64,000 nt of DNA from Candidatus Caldarchaeum sp. (GCA_038844785.1 JAWBRA010000008.1:1-64000); one strand, 5' to 3'; shown: positions 47,789-59,459, counted from the stretch's first letter. Translations and numbers: made by a program. Notes: generated by a model from the sequence alone, not told the origin.

Positions 47789-49618
47789 TTGAGGGTTCTA
47801 GAGCTCCACGTGGATTACATCGAGTATCGACCTGTTGGGAGAGAGGCCAGCGTTGCTGAGGAAGCTGTGAACGAGCCTAGGAGGATAGAGGACGCTCTTG
47901 TTATGCTGACGTCTGTTGAGCCCGACGATGATGAAAAAGTCGCTGAGGCTGCTGTGGTCGACGCTGTCGATTTCATGCGTCGGATGAAGGTTCCTAGGCT
48001 TGTCATTTACCCATTCGCCCATCTGAGCAAGGAGTTGGCAAAGCCGGAGCATGCTCTGCAGGTTTTAAAGGCCATGGAGACGATGGCTCAGAGCATGGGT
48101 GTTGAAGTGCACAGGTCGCCTTTCGGATGGAACAAAGCGCTCAAAGTCAGCGTAAAAGGCCACCCCCTAGCAGAAAGGTCAAGAGTCTTCAATCAATCAA
48201 CGCTCCAATCCACTAAACAGACTGCTATTGAAAAAACATACGCGATACTGACCTTGGACGGCCGTTTGATAAGCCCCGAAAAAGTCTACGACATAGATGT
48301 CGGCGAAGGGTTTAGGCTTTTGGTTGAGAAAGAGGCTCTGGGAAAATCGGCGGAAGAGGTTGAGGAGCCAGTTCACAACAAGGTTTTGCGAAGGCTTGGC
48401 ATAGACTGGGAAGAGCTTTCAGACAGCGGGCACATGCACTTCGGCCCCGAAGGGGCTTTATTGTATGAGCTTATCTCCGACTATGCGTCACAGATTGTCA
48501 GAGAGCTTGGATTCCCAGTCTACTTCGTTAAAGGCACAAATCTGTTCAGCCTTGAGAGTAAGCCGATAAGGGAGCATGCGAGCCTTTTCGGCCAGAGGAT
48601 GTACCGTGTGGAGGTTGACGGCAGCCCTCATGTAATGCGTTATGCTGCTTGTTTTCAGCAGTTCGCTCTAGCGAGGAAGTGGGTGGTAAGTTACAGGAAT
48701 CTGCCGTTCGGCATGTTCGAAGTGGCTGACAGCTATAGGCTCGAGCAGCGAGGCGAGCTTGTTCTAGGATTCAGACTTAGGAAAATGACTATGCCAGACC
48801 TTCATGTTTTCTGCAGGGACATGGACCAAGCTTTCAAAATGGTGGAAAAAATACACGACAGAATATACTTGGAGATGGAGAGATTGGGTAGGGATTATTA
48901 CTCGCTTTATAACCTGACTTCAAAAAGCTTCTTTGAGTCTAACCGCGATTTCTTTCAAAGACTTGTTGAAAGGGAGCGTAAACCAGTTCTCTTAGCGTTT
49001 TACCCGGAGAACAGCAACTACTACTGGGTCCTTAATATCGAATACCACATCATAGATAAGCTTGGCAGGCCGAGAGAGATAGGTACTGTTCAGATAGACG
49101 TCGGCAACGCTGAACGTTTCGGCATAGCTTACGTCGACAGCGACGGCTCGAAGAAACATCCAGTAATACTGCATACGGCGATTATTGGCACCGTTGAAAG
49201 ATACCTTTACACAATTGTTGACTCGGCTCTCCAGAAAAGCCCGCCTTCCCTGCCTACCTGGCTCAGCCCAACCCAGCTCAGGATACTGCCGCTCACAGAA
49301 AAATATGTGCAGAGGGCTTTGAAGCTGGCAGAAAAGATATCACGGGAAGGGATAAGGGTCGACGTGGACGAAAGGCCCGAAAGCCTTGGCAAGAAGGTCT
49401 ACGAAGCTGAGACAAGCTGGACACCATACATAGCAACGTTGGGAGCCAAGGAAGCTCGGTCGGGAAAACTGTCAGTAAGGATTAGGGGAGAGAGAAAAAT
49501 AAAACAAATGTCTGTCCAAACACTTGTCAAAAGGATCAGGAAAGAAATAAGCGGATATCCGTTCAGGCCCTTGCCATTACCGACTGAGGTTTCGAAAAGA
49601 CCGGTTTATTCTGCGTAA
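47789..49618 (+). CDS. thrS: Threonyl-tRNA synthetase (archaeal type with N-terminal editing domain)
   Basis: MR.L.LH.DY, YPFAHLS, PFGW.K, GHPLAE.S, RYAAC, SYRLEQ.GE, MPDLH, T.QID, P.WLSPTQ.R. Confidence 0.96.
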   Translation: MRVLELHVDYIEYRPVGREASVAEEAVNEPRRIEDALVMLTSVEPDDDEKVAEAAVVDAVDFMRRMKVPRLVIYPFAHLSKELAKPEHALQVLKAMETMAQSMGVEVHRSPFGWNKALKVSVKGHPLAERSRVFNQSTLQSTKQTAIEKTYAILTLDGRLISPEKVYDIDVGEGFRLLVEKEALGKSAEEVEEPVHNKVLRRLGIDWEELSDSGHMHFGPEGALLYELISDYASQIVRELGFPVYFVKGTNLFSLESKPIREHASLFGQRMYRVEVDGSPHVMRYAACFQQFALARKWVVSYRNLPFGMFEVADSYRLEQRGELVLGFRLRKMTMPDLHVFCRDMDQAFKMVEKIHDRIYLEMERLGRDYYSLYNLTSKSFFESNRDFFQRLVERERKPVLLAFYPENSNYYWVLNIEYHIIDKLGRPREIGTVQIDVGNAERFGIAYVDSDGSKKHPVILHTAIIGTVERYLYTIVDSALQKSPPSLPTWLSPTQLRILPLTEKYVQRALKLAEKISREGIRVDVDERPESLGKKVYEAETSWTPYIATLGAKEARSGKLSVRIRGERKIKQMSVQTLVKRIRKEISGYPFRPLPLPTEVSKRPVYSA

Positions 49619-49749
49619 CCCCCTAGTTGATTCAACATTTTTAACGAGGATTATCCACGAAAAATAAAAAATGTTGGGAAGGTTTAGGTAAAACTGCGGC
49701 AAAAACATTGAGTTGTTTTCTGCAGATGGTTGTTGAACTGGAAAGATAG

Positions 49750-49990
49750 ACCTATTTTCTAAATGTAACTCCATTGTTGAAATTACCTGTCCATCAAGAG
49801 TGTCCACTTCATTTATGGACCATTCGTTTGGGCTGTGGAGTTTTATGGTTATTTCCTCTTTGTACGTCTTACCCTCAAGGGACAGTGTCCCTTCTACCTT
49901 CCAGTTTCCTACAAAAACCTGCAGTTTTTTAGCCTCATCTGGCAGCGGAAAAGCTCGCTTAATGATGGAATCTTTTCCACGCTTTCACTC
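49750..49990 (-). pseudogene. Remnant of a DUF1579-like beta-barrel gene
   Basis: Hand translation ..PLPDEAKKLQVFVGNWKVEGTLSLEG..; no clear start, upstream stops. Confidence 0.35.
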
Positions 49991-50241
49991 TCGCCGTGCC
50001 CTCTCTGCATACCTAATAAGTATACTGCATTAACTGTCTCCCTGTGTAGGACGACCAAGTGAATAATGGCTTAGTGTCTTCGGCTGACTCGACCCGAGAT
50101 ATTCTTCTAGGCCTGTGCTGTGTGAAAAATCTTCAGTTAGGTAAAAAGGTAAAAGAGATGTAAGAACGGCAAAGCTGGCATGGGTTGACCGCGACTTTCA
50201 AAATATGGTTGAAACAAACTTCCTTTTATATACCGCCAAGC

Positions 50242-51486
50242 ATGACTAAAACTATGGCCGGCTCCCTTCCCATCGACCCCTATAAAGTCAGAGAAGATTT
50301 TCCAATATTCAGGCAAGGTAAACCTCTTGTTTATCTGGACAGTACGGCGACAAGCCAAAAGCCGCGGCAGGTAATAGAGGCTGTCGAACGGTTTTACATG
50401 TCTCAAAACGCAAACGTCCACAGAGGAGTTTACGGGTTGAGCGTGGAAGCTACCGAAGAATATGAGAAAGCTCGGCGAAAAGTGGCCGAGTTCATAAACG
50501 CACGTAGCCCCCGTGAGATAGTGTTTGTCAGGAACACAACGGAAGCGTTAAACCTTGTCGCATACAGCCTAGGGCTAAACAAACTTGCACCAAAAAGCAA
50601 AATCGTGTTAACGATGATGGAGCATCACAGCAACATTGTTCCGTGGCAGCTTGTCGCAAGACTCAAAGCACACAAGCTTGACTACATCCCCTTCACAAGC
50701 GACGGCTATCTAGACCTATCGAAGATAGAGGAAACGTTAGATGGGGCTGGGGTCTTTAGCTTCGTACACGCATCCAATGTTTTGGGCACCATAAATGACG
50801 CCAAATACTTGACGAAGCTTGCTCACCAGCATGGAGCTGTTGCTGTGGTTGACGCAGCCCAGTCAGTCCCCCACATGCCTGTAGACGTTCAAGACATCGA
50901 CTGCGACTTTATGGCCTTCAGCGGACACAAGATGCTCGGCCCAACAGGGATAGGCGTGCTCTACGGGAGACGTGAGCTGCTGGAGGAGATGGAGCCTTTC
51001 ATGGGGGGCGGCGAGATGATAAAGGAGGTGTATTTGGACAGAAGCGTGTGGAACGAAGTGCCATGGAAGTTTGAGGCGGGGACGCCTAATATCGCAGGTG
51101 CCGTTGGCCTTGGCGCTGCCGTCGACTACCTTAGAAACATCGGGCTGGACAAGGTCAGGGGGTACGAGCACATACTGATAGCCAAGACACTCGAACTCTT
51201 GTCAGAGCTCAGGCACGTCAAGATATACGGGCCTGAAAACCCTAGACATAGATGCGGGCTCGTCTCATTCAACCTCGGAGACATCCACCCTCACGACCTT
51301 GCAACATATCTCGACCAGTTCGGAATATGCGTCAGAGCTGGACATCACTGCGCGATGCCTATACACACAAGGCTCGGCGTAACGGCTACAACTAGGGCAA
51401 GCTTCTACATCTACAACACCCCTGAGGACGTGGAAGCTTTGGTAGAGGCCTTGAAGAAAGCGGCAAGGTTTTTCAAGCTTTCATGA
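50242..51486 (+). CDS. sufS: Cysteine desulfurase, SufS group
   Basis: YLDSTATSQKP, EHHSN.VPW, FSGHKM.GPTG (PLP Lys), FEAGTP, RAGHHCA. Confidence 0.95.
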   Translation: MTKTMAGSLPIDPYKVREDFPIFRQGKPLVYLDSTATSQKPRQVIEAVERFYMSQNANVHRGVYGLSVEATEEYEKARRKVAEFINARSPREIVFVRNTTEALNLVAYSLGLNKLAPKSKIVLTMMEHHSNIVPWQLVARLKAHKLDYIPFTSDGYLDLSKIEETLDGAGVFSFVHASNVLGTINDAKYLTKLAHQHGAVAVVDAAQSVPHMPVDVQDIDCDFMAFSGHKMLGPTGIGVLYGRRELLEEMEPFMGGGEMIKEVYLDRSVWNEVPWKFEAGTPNIAGAVGLGAAVDYLRNIGLDKVRGYEHILIAKTLELLSELRHVKIYGPENPRHRCGLVSFNLGDIHPHDLATYLDQFGICVRAGHHCAMPIHTRLGVTATTRASFYIYNTPEDVEALVEALKKAARFFKLS

Positions 51487-51528
51487 AGCTGTTTAAATAG
51501 CCGTTTGGACGCTTAGTTTTGAGCAGGC

Positions 51529-53505
51529 TTGAAGGTTGTTGTGGTTGGAGCAGGTGTTATGGGTCATGGTATTGCAGAGGTTGCGGCTTTAGCTGGTTTT
51601 GACGTAGTGATGGTTGATGTAGCTGAAGAGTTTCTGGCGAAAGGATTGGAAAAGATCAGATGGAGTCTGGATAAGTTTGTTGAGAAGAAAAGGATTACGG
51701 CAGAAGAGGCCAAGGCCGCTTTAAACCGTATAAAGACTACTCTAAGCCTGGAGGAGGCTGCACTAGATGCAGACCTCGTAATAGAGGCCGTTCCTGAAAA
51801 GATCAGCTTGAAGAAAGAAATTTTTAGCAAACTCAGTAAAACAGCTCCTTCCAGAGCCATACTCGCAACCAACACTAGCACGCTGCCGATAACCGAAATA
51901 GCTTCCGCCACGGACTGTCCAGACAGAGTTGTGGGCATGCATTTCTTCAACCCACCCCCCCTGATGCCACTTCTTGAAGTTATAAAAGGTGAAAAAACAA
52001 GCGAGCAAACCGTTGAGAAGGCGGTTGAAATTGGGAAAAAGATGGGCAAAACGGTCGTTGTATGCCGTAAGGATGTCCCTGGTTTCATAGTTAACAGAAT
52101 CCTAACACCTCTTCTAAACCTGTCATGCTGGATGGTGGCTAGGGAAGGGATTAAGCCTGTTGAAATAGACTCAGCCGTCAAGTACAGGGCTGGTCTTCCC
52201 ATGGGGTTGTTTGAGCTATGCGATTACTCGGGGATAGACGTCATACATCTTGCTAGCCAGTCGATAAAGGAGAGGGAGCCCAACGCTCCCGAGCCATGCC
52301 CGTTGTTCAAGGAGCTTTATGAGAAAGGACAATATGGACAAAAGTCTGGCAAAGGGTTTTATGAATACCGAGGCGGCGTCTACGAGAGGCCCGAAATACC
52401 TCGTGAAGCAGGCGAGAAAGTAGACCTTGTTACGATAATAGCTCCTGCAGTTAACGCAGCAGCATGGATCGTTAGGAACGATGTGGCCTCGGTTGAAGAT
52501 GTTGAAACGGCTGTTAAGCTTGGGCTAGGATGGCCCAAAGGCGTGCTGGAAATGGCCGACGAACTCGGCCTCGACAACATAGCCAACGCTTTAAGGAAGA
52601 CGGCGAAGAAGTACGGTGTTTTCTACGAGCCGGACCCGTTGATAACACAGCTCGTGTCGGAAGGTAAGCTGGGAAAGAAAACCGGCGAGGGGTTCCATAA
52701 GTATGCTGCAGTAGAAAAAACGGCATACAGCGAAATACTCTTCGAGAGAACTCCGCCAATTACCTGGATAACCCTCAACAGACCTCATAGGCTCAACACG
52801 ATAACGCCGAAGATGATTGAGGAGCTTACAGACGCCCTTCTCAAGGCATGGCATGACAACGAGACACGTGTTGTAGTTCTCAAAGGAGCTGGCGGCCGTG
52901 CCTTTTCAGCGGGAGCCGACATAACGGCCTTCACAGAAATCAAGACAAAGGCTGATGCAGAAAGGTTCTTGAGGGATTTTCAGGAGGTTATGAACATAAT
53001 CGAGGCTATGCCGAAGCCTGTTGTGGCCGGCATAGACGGCTATGCGCTGGGAGGCGGCTGCGAGCTGATTCAAGCATGCGACTTTAGAATAGCCACCACA
53101 CGGTCTGAGCTGGGACAGCCGGAGGTAAACCTAGGCCTTATCCCCGGTGCAGGCGGGACACAGAGGCTTCCGAGGATTGTCGGGATAGCAAAGGCTTTGG
53201 AGATAGAGATGCTGGGCGACAGGATTAAAGCGGAGGAGGCATGGCGCATAGGACTTGTAAACAAAGTAGTTCCACCCGAGCGGTTTGAGGAAGAACTCCG
53301 CAGCTTCGCCGAAAGGCTTGCTTCGCAGGCTCCGTTGGCGTTAAAAGCCATAAAGCAAGCTGTTCTGCTTGCTAGGGAGGCGCCGTTAAGCAGGGGGTTG
53401 GCTGTCGAGAGAAGCCTTTTCGCCGACCTCCTCTTCACGAAAGACTTTATGGAAGGTGTATCTGCGTTCTTCGCGAAAAGAAAGCCTGAGTTCAAAGGTG
53501 AGTGA
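51529..53505 (+). CDS. Bifunctional 3-hydroxyacyl-CoA dehydrogenase / enoyl-CoA hydratase
   Basis: GAGVMGHGIA, EAVPE, HFFNP, PGFIVNR, G.K.GKGFY; C-terminal crotonase AFSAGAD, GGGCE, PE..LG..PGAGGTQRL. Confidence 0.94.
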   Translation: MKVVVVGAGVMGHGIAEVAALAGFDVVMVDVAEEFLAKGLEKIRWSLDKFVEKKRITAEEAKAALNRIKTTLSLEEAALDADLVIEAVPEKISLKKEIFSKLSKTAPSRAILATNTSTLPITEIASATDCPDRVVGMHFFNPPPLMPLLEVIKGEKTSEQTVEKAVEIGKKMGKTVVVCRKDVPGFIVNRILTPLLNLSCWMVAREGIKPVEIDSAVKYRAGLPMGLFELCDYSGIDVIHLASQSIKEREPNAPEPCPLFKELYEKGQYGQKSGKGFYEYRGGVYERPEIPREAGEKVDLVTIIAPAVNAAAWIVRNDVASVEDVETAVKLGLGWPKGVLEMADELGLDNIANALRKTAKKYGVFYEPDPLITQLVSEGKLGKKTGEGFHKYAAVEKTAYSEILFERTPPITWITLNRPHRLNTITPKMIEELTDALLKAWHDNETRVVVLKGAGGRAFSAGADITAFTEIKTKADAERFLRDFQEVMNIIEAMPKPVVAGIDGYALGGGCELIQACDFRIATTRSELGQPEVNLGLIPGAGGTQRLPRIVGIAKALEIEMLGDRIKAEEAWRIGLVNKVVPPERFEEELRSFAERLASQAPLALKAIKQAVLLAREAPLSRGLAVERSLFADLLFTKDFMEGVSAFFAKRKPEFKGE

Positions 53506-53510
53506 AACAA

Positions 53511-54415
53511 TCAGAGCTGTTTATGGTCTGCTGGTGACAAGCTCCACAGCGTTTCCGTCATAGCCCCAGGTAGTGACGCCTCATATCCCTCAGGCCCGTT
53601 CAAAAGCGAGCCTTCCACAGCCAACCCGTTCTCCACAAGCCTAGCCCTGAACTCCGACACCGTACGCCTACTTCCAAGCCATATTGCAAAGCTCTCCAAT
53701 CTTACGTATTCTCGGGAAAGGGGTTGAGCGTCGAGGCCGGCCCAAACGTTAGCCCCTATATGGTGATGGTAGCCTCCTGCGGAGAAAAAGACAGCAGACC
53801 GGCCCAGCCTAAAGATGACGTCAAACCCTAGGATTTGACGATAGAACTTCTCAGCCTTCTCCAGCCTAGAAACATGAAGATGGATGCGGCCTAGCTTAGT
53901 TTGTTTCGGGATTGTCCAGTTACTCGACAGAGCTACACTGGTTCCCTCATCCCTAAGCTCTTGGAGAAGCGAGTTAATGTTCAGCGGCAGCGTAGCCATG
54001 CGTACATAACTGTTTCCGTAATACCTCCATTCAGTCCGCTGTCTGTCCGCGTAGATCTCTATTCCATGGCCGTCGGGGTCCCTCAGATAGAGCGCCTCGC
54101 TTACCAGATGGTCCGAAGCTCCCTCGAACTGCCAGCCTTCAGCCAATCTAACAAACAACCTGGCTAGGTCGCGTCTAGAGGGAACCAGGATAGCAAAGTC
54201 CGAGAGCCTTTTCCGGCTTCGGTAAAGCATCCTTCTTCTCCGACAGGATGATGAGCGGGCTGTATTGGCCGCTGCCGAGAACAACTTTGTCTCCTAGCCA
54301 GGGAGATGCGAGAGCCCCAGCAAACCAACATAGAATTGAAGAGGCCTTTCCAAGCTTGAAACCGTCAAAGACACCATTTGATTGATGTGTCAGACCCTAG
54401 CTTGAAACCCTCCAT
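53511..54415 (-). pseudogene. VOC family catechol 2,3-dioxygenase-like (CatE) gene with frameshifts and stops
   Basis: GASDHLVSEALYLRDPDGHGIEIYAD, H.HV..LE....FY..ILGF, GGYHHHIGANVW; N-terminal VSLTVSSLER..QFY..LLG lies upstream of a TAG and other breaks. Confidence 0.78.
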
Positions 54416-54475
54416 CTAATGGCAGCATGGTTTCTTATAACGAATTTCGGACCACGCTAACGAGCTGTTCGTTTT

Positions 54476-54625
54476 CTATGGTTTGATCCTCGACCTTCGC
54501 CAGCTTCTTCTTCTGTGGGAAGACCTGACGTGGCGGCGTGTTTTCGCCACTACCCATGCGGGGGTGGGCCAGGCCCTCCTCAGCTCACGGGCGAGCCTTT
54601 TCTTGACTGGCAGCGTCTTAACCAT
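54476..54625 (-). CDS. rpl39e: 50S ribosomal protein eL39, absent from the ORF track
   Basis: Hand translation MVKTLPVKKRLARELRRAWPTPAWVVAKTRRHVRSSHRRRSWRRSRIKP*, matching the K.RLA......P.WV..KT...V......R.WRR pattern. Confidence 0.9.
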   Translation of the reverse strand: MVKTLPVKKRLARELRRAWPTPAWVVAKTRRHVRSSHRRRSWRRSRIKP

Positions 54626-54709
54626 AGGAGCTCGACAACTACTGTATCTAATCAACCTATCTGTGAGGAAGACTTATGGCTTGAGATGTTGCTGTGCATT
54701 ACGGTCGTC

Positions 54710-55027
54710 TTGGCGTACGAAAGATTGGTCAGAAAGCTGACCCATGAAAACCTGTGGCTCTACATCCTCACACTTCTCAGCAAAAAACCACTCTACGGCT
54801 ATGAGATCAGGAGAATGGTCGAGAAAGAGTTCGGCTTCAAACCGGGTCAGGTGACCTCATACGTTGTTCTCTACAGGCTCGAACGCGGTGGGCTGATAAA
54901 GGTCGTTAACGAGGCTAAAGGGAGCAGGGGTCCTGCAAGAAAGTATTACACGATTACGGAAAAAGGGGTTAAAACGCTCGGGAAGGCGAAGAAGTTTCTC
55001 GCAGACCTTGCTGTCCGTATTGGGTGA
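54710..55027 (+). CDS. PadR family transcription regulator
   Basis: LWLYIL.LL...P.YGYEI, Y.VLYRLE..GLI, RKYY.ITEKG; TTG start at 54710 (the longer ORF overlaps rpl39e). Confidence 0.87.
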   Translation: MAYERLVRKLTHENLWLYILTLLSKKPLYGYEIRRMVEKEFGFKPGQVTSYVVLYRLERGGLIKVVNEAKGSRGPARKYYTITEKGVKTLGKAKKFLADLAVRIG

Positions 55028-55075
55028 TTATTTTACGACCGTAAAGTATTTAGCCGCCTGATAAGAACATCATCC

Positions 55076-56149
55076 ATGCCAAAAGTTAAGGTAGCCATAA
55101 TTGGTGTGGGAAACTGCGCATCAGCCCTCGTCCAAGGAGTATACTACTACAAAGATGTTGCAGACGATGCTTTTGTCCCAGGACTTATGCATACAAGGCT
55201 TGGAGGCTACCATGTAGGTGACATAGAGTTTGTCGCGGCTTTCGACATAGACAGAAACAAGGTTGGGCTTGACCTTTCAAAAGCCATTTTCCAGAAGCCG
55301 AACTGCACGCTCAAATTCGCTGACGTACCTCACCTAGGTGTTGAAGTTATGCGTGGCATGACGCACGACAGCATTGGAAAATATCTGAAAGACGTCATAG
55401 TCAAACATGATTCTCCAACGGTTGATGTAGCGGATGTTTTAAAGAGTTCGGGCGCTGATGTTGTTGTAAACTTTCTCCCTGTCGGCAGCGAGTCTGCAAC
55501 GAAATGGTATGTGGAGCAGGCTTTGATGGCTGGAACAGGGTTTGTGAACGGCATACCCGTGTTCATAGCGCGGGAAAAACGTTGGCAAGAAGTCTTCGCA
55601 AAGCGCAACATACCCTTGATAGGGGACGATGTAAAATCCCAGGTTGGAGCCACAATACTGCACAGGGTCTTAACAAAACTCTTCGTCGACAGAGGGGTGA
55701 AAATTGAGAGAAGCTGCCAGCTTAACTTCGGCGGCAACACAGACTTCCTCAACATGCTGGAGAGAGAAAGACTACAGTCTAAGAAAATATCCAAAACCCA
55801 AGCAGTAACCTCTCTAATACCGTACGAGATTAAACCTGAAAACATACACATCGGGCCGAGTGACTATGTTCCATGGCTTGAGGATAGAAAGTGGGCGTAC
55901 ATACGAATAGAGGGTTCGGCGTTCGGGAATGCTCCCCTGAACGTGGAGGTTAAGCTGGAGGTCTGGGATAGCCCGAACTCCGCAGGCGTGGTAATAGACG
56001 CCGTGAGATGCATCAAAATAGCCAAAGACAGGGGGATTGGCGGGGTTTTGGAGGGGCCTTCAGCCTATTTCATGAAGTCTCCGCCGAAACAATACCCCGA
56101 CGACGTGGCTAGGAGAATGGTTGAAGAATTTATTGCAAACAAATCCTAG
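55076..56149 (+). CDS. ino1: myo-inositol-1-phosphate synthase
   Basis: [46 protein letters not shown]. Confidence 0.95.
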   Translation: MPKVKVAIIGVGNCASALVQGVYYYKDVADDAFVPGLMHTRLGGYHVGDIEFVAAFDIDRNKVGLDLSKAIFQKPNCTLKFADVPHLGVEVMRGMTHDSIGKYLKDVIVKHDSPTVDVADVLKSSGADVVVNFLPVGSESATKWYVEQALMAGTGFVNGIPVFIAREKRWQEVFAKRNIPLIGDDVKSQVGATILHRVLTKLFVDRGVKIERSCQLNFGGNTDFLNMLERERLQSKKISKTQAVTSLIPYEIKPENIHIGPSDYVPWLEDRKWAYIRIEGSAFGNAPLNVEVKLEVWDSPNSAGVVIDAVRCIKIAKDRGIGGVLEGPSAYFMKSPPKQYPDDVARRMVEEFIANKS

Positions 56150-57252
56150 CCGGCAACAGTCTCGACACCATCGCCGCCAAACACTTCGGCAAGCCTCCGT
56201 AAACCGTGTCTTTTTAGCTCAGGCGACAGGTTGGAGTTTCTCAACGCGTCAACAACCTGCTGAAGCCTCCATAGAAAATGGTCTTCGCTGTATTTTTTCG
56301 GGACTTCGCTTGGGCTTATGGCCGGGTCTCTCAGGCTCGGCTTTACACCATAGCATATGTAGACGCCGAAGGCGAGAAGACGTATTATCCCGCGTCCAAC
56401 CCTCCTAACAGCAAGCAACGACTCATAGTCCTTCGGAGTGTTGTTTTCCAATTCATGCAGCAGCGTCCAGTTTATTTTTTCATGAGGTCTCAGAAAGTCC
56501 GCCACCTGTTTTCCTTCCTCATCTAGAGTCATTTGGTTGGGAGTTTTCGCGAACGTGTAAAGACGTTGAAGCTTTGGAACATCATTTGCGAGAATCTCGA
56601 GCGAGGCTTTTCTAGACTGTCTGCTGTCCTCAGCGGTCATGTCAAGAACCCTAGACTTTTTCTCCATCGATATGATGCCTGTATGCGGTTCTTCAACGAA
56701 GCTTCTCAGATATCCTGAAAACCAGTGATAGCGTCTGACAGCCAGGGTGTATGGGTTGATGCTTTGCTGTATGACGGTCCACATGCCGCTGTGGGAGATT
56801 ATCATCATGTGAAAGTAGAGGTCGAATCCATCCTGGATAGCGACGCTGTCAGTTTTGGCCACCATCCTGCTGCAGTAAAGCAGGTGTTGCACCTGGCTGT
56901 CGGAAAAACCGAACAGGCTGGCTACTGTGGGCAGTTCCTGAGGTATTTTGAAACGGTTTGTGAAACGGCCTCCCAGCGCAGCGACACCCGACCTGACGTT
57001 AAGACACTCCTTAAGAATCGAGCCCATGACAAGCGTGGAGTCGCCTGACATTTCATCGAGCCCGCTGACCACGATTACAAAATCTGTGAAAAAGGGCTCC
57101 GCAAAACCTGCCACAAGCTCGTCAGGCCCGTGGAGGTTTAGGAAAGAGTTTACCATCCCGCTTATAATCTGACGGGATTTGTTGTAGTAAAAACGGGCTG
57201 ACCTACCACCCCAGCCCCTCAGTTCTCTAACGCCAGCCCTGTACATACCCAA
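56146..57252 (-). CDS. Divergent DUF763 family paralog
   Basis: [39 protein letters not shown]. Confidence 0.72.
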   Translation of the reverse strand: MGMYRAGVRELRGWGGRSARFYYNKSRQIISGMVNSFLNLHGPDELVAGFAEPFFTDFVIVVSGLDEMSGDSTLVMGSILKECLNVRSGVAALGGRFTNRFKIPQELPTVASLFGFSDSQVQHLLYCSRMVAKTDSVAIQDGFDLYFHMMIISHSGMWTVIQQSINPYTLAVRRYHWFSGYLRSFVEEPHTGIISMEKKSRVLDMTAEDSRQSRKASLEILANDVPKLQRLYTFAKTPNQMTLDEEGKQVADFLRPHEKINWTLLHELENNTPKDYESLLAVRRVGRGIIRLLAFGVYICYGVKPSLRDPAISPSEVPKKYSEDHFLWRLQQVVDALRNSNLSPELKRHGLRRLAEVFGGDGVETVAG

Positions 57253-57325
57253 GCCAGCATCGTAAAAGCCAGCTTTTATTGTTGCCCGTCACATACTTCA
57301 AACCTAATACCACAGACATCTGTAG

Positions 57326-57520
57326 CTAGTACGCACGTCTTCTTTTCTGCAAGTATTTTACAACATACACGGCTGATGCGAAAGCAAACGGGAAATAGAT
57401 TGAGAAAAATAAAAACAGAGGGGTGAACTGGAGCCCGATTTGCTGCAGGGCCAACGTGGCAAGCACAGCTATCGCAAGCAGCAAGGCCGCGTTTCTCCAG
57501 CTCTCTGTTTCATCTGTCAA
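57326..57520 (-). CDS. Small 2-TM membrane protein
   Basis: Two hydrophobic helices, basic tail, overlaps the rpo6 stop codon. Confidence 0.55.
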   Translation of the reverse strand: MTDETESWRNAALLLAIAVLATLALQQIGLQFTPLFLFFSIYFPFAFASAVYVVKYLQKRRRAY

Positions 57521-57780
57521 GGATTCTTGTCCTCATCGGCGAGCAGGTCTTTCAAAGGAATGTCCACGTAGCTACCGTCAGACCTTTTTCTCCTGATTAT
57601 GATTGGAAGCACTCCTCTCTCAAACTCCCTCTTTGCTATGTCGATGTTTGTATCCCCTGGTCTAACCTCCACTAGAGGGAAGGCGCCAAGCGATATCTGG
57701 AGGGCCCGACCGCCGATGATCCTAGCCTTCTCGTACTTTGTTAGACGAAGGAGGGCGGGCTTTGCCTCAGTCCTCACCAA
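57517..57780 (-). CDS. rpo6: RNA polymerase subunit Rpo6 (RpoK)
   Basis: [23 protein letters not shown].....LPI.IRR. Confidence 0.95.
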   Translation of the reverse strand: MVRTEAKPALLRLTKYEKARIIGGRALQISLGAFPLVEVRPGDTNIDIAKREFERGVLPIIIRRKRSDGSYVDIPLKDLLADEDKNP

Positions 57781-59425
57781 CTCCGCTTTCTTCCTTCTCC
57801 TTTTCCTCGCCCTTCTTACCTGGTGTAGACGTCTCCAGCCTCGAAGCAGCTATTATGTCGTCGATCTTCAGCACCATCGCCGCAGCCTCCACGGCTGATT
57901 TGATGGTCTGCTTCTTGACGAGCAGCGGGTCGAGAACATCGAGCTTTAGCATGTCAACTATCTCCGACTTGAAGACGTTTATACCATATGTTATCCCGCC
58001 CTCCTTGTGCTTTGAAGTAAGGTTTACTATTGCTTCGATCGGGTCCATGCCTGCGCTCTCAGCCAGCTGTGATGGAATGGCTTCGAGAGCTTCGGCGAAC
58101 TTGTTGACGGCCAGCTGCTCCTTACCTGGAAGTGTTTTCGCATAATCTCTAAGCCTAAGAGCTGTCTCAATCTCTCCTGCTCCACCTCCTGCTATAACCT
58201 TGCCTTCAACTATCACGTCCTTGACTACGTTTACCGCGTCTTTCAAAGACCTCTCGGCTTCGTCAACTATTCTTTGGGTGCCGCCTCGGATGAGGATGGT
58301 GAGCGACTTGGGGTTTTCACATCCTTCGACGAAAACCATCTTATCTTCGCCGACTCTTCTTTCCTCAACGAGGGAGGCTTTTCCAAGGTCTTCAGGCGTC
58401 AGGTCGTCTATCCGCGATATCACCCTTCCTTTCGTTGCTTTTGCAAGCTTGTCCATGTCGCTCTTCTTGATGCGGCGGACGGCCATTATGCCTTTCTTGG
58501 CCAAGAAGTACTGGGCTAGGTCGTCTATGCCCTTCTGGCATAAGACTACGTTGGCTCCTGTTGACGCGATTTTCTCAACCATTCCACGTAGCATATCCTC
58601 CTCCTGCTTCATGAAAGCCCTCATCTGCTCGGGTGTCTCTATGTTTAGCTTGGCGTCGAACTCTGTTTTCTCAATCTCAAGAGCTGCGTCAAGCAGGGCA
58701 ATTTTGGCGTTTCTCACAAGCTTGGGCATGTCAGGGTGGACAACCTCCTTGTCCAAAACTATTCCTTCAACCAGTTTTGTGTCGCGGAGTGACTGACCCT
58801 CCTTCTTCTCCAGCTTTATATCGTCGAGGTCAACGGTCCATTTGTCGCCTACTTTCTCAGCAACACGTGTCACCGCATCGACGACAAGGCTTGCAAGGTA
58901 GTCGGATTCCTCTCCGACCAACTTGCTTATCATGGCTGTCTTAGCCACTTTTTTGAGTAGTTCCTTGTCGGTTGGGCTTGCTTTAATGCCGATTTCATCG
59001 AGTATCTCTAAAGCCTTGACAGCAGCCTTCCTGTACCCTTCAATCACTATTGTCGGGTGAACCTCTTTCTCTATAAGCTCCTCCGCCTTGGCCAAAAGCT
59101 CGCCAGCTAAAACAACAGTCGAGGTTGTTCCGTCGCCGACCTCTTCGTCCTGAGCCTTAGATACCTCTACCAGCATTTTTGCTACAGGATGCTCCACATC
59201 CATCTCCTTGAGGATTGTTGCGCCGTCGTTTGTGATGACGATGTCGCCGAAGCTGTCCACCAGCATTTTATCCATGCCTCTAGGCCCTAGCGACGACTTC
59301 ATAGTTTCGGCGATTATCTTTGCCACCATTATGTTGGCGCCCTGGACCTCTCGGCCGCGCATCCTCTTGGCTCCTTCCTTCAAAATTATAACTGGCTGCG
59401 TAGCTGTGCCTACTGTTGCTGCCAT
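57767..59425 (-). CDS. ths: Thermosome subunit (group II chaperonin)
   Basis: [28 protein letters not shown]....DE.ERS..DA, GGGA.E. Confidence 0.97.
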   Translation of the reverse strand: MAATVGTATQPVIILKEGAKRMRGREVQGANIMVAKIIAETMKSSLGPRGMDKMLVDSFGDIVITNDGATILKEMDVEHPVAKMLVEVSKAQDEEVGDGTTSTVVLAGELLAKAEELIEKEVHPTIVIEGYRKAAVKALEILDEIGIKASPTDKELLKKVAKTAMISKLVGEESDYLASLVVDAVTRVAEKVGDKWTVDLDDIKLEKKEGQSLRDTKLVEGIVLDKEVVHPDMPKLVRNAKIALLDAALEIEKTEFDAKLNIETPEQMRAFMKQEEDMLRGMVEKIASTGANVVLCQKGIDDLAQYFLAKKGIMAVRRIKKSDMDKLAKATKGRVISRIDDLTPEDLGKASLVEERRVGEDKMVFVEGCENPKSLTILIRGGTQRIVDEAERSLKDAVNVVKDVIVEGKVIAGGGAGEIETALRLRDYAKTLPGKEQLAVNKFAEALEAIPSQLAESAGMDPIEAIVNLTSKHKEGGITYGINVFKSEIVDMLKLDVLDPLLVKKQTIKSAVEAAAMVLKIDDIIAASRLETSTPGKKGEEKEKEESGVGED

Positions 59426-59459
59426 ACTACATCACACCTAGCGATAGCCGTGTCAAGGG

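Noticed and set aside
54515-54709. 5' extension of the PadR ORF and GC-rich stretch that looked like a structured RNA
   Set aside because: Explained by rpl39e on the minus strand
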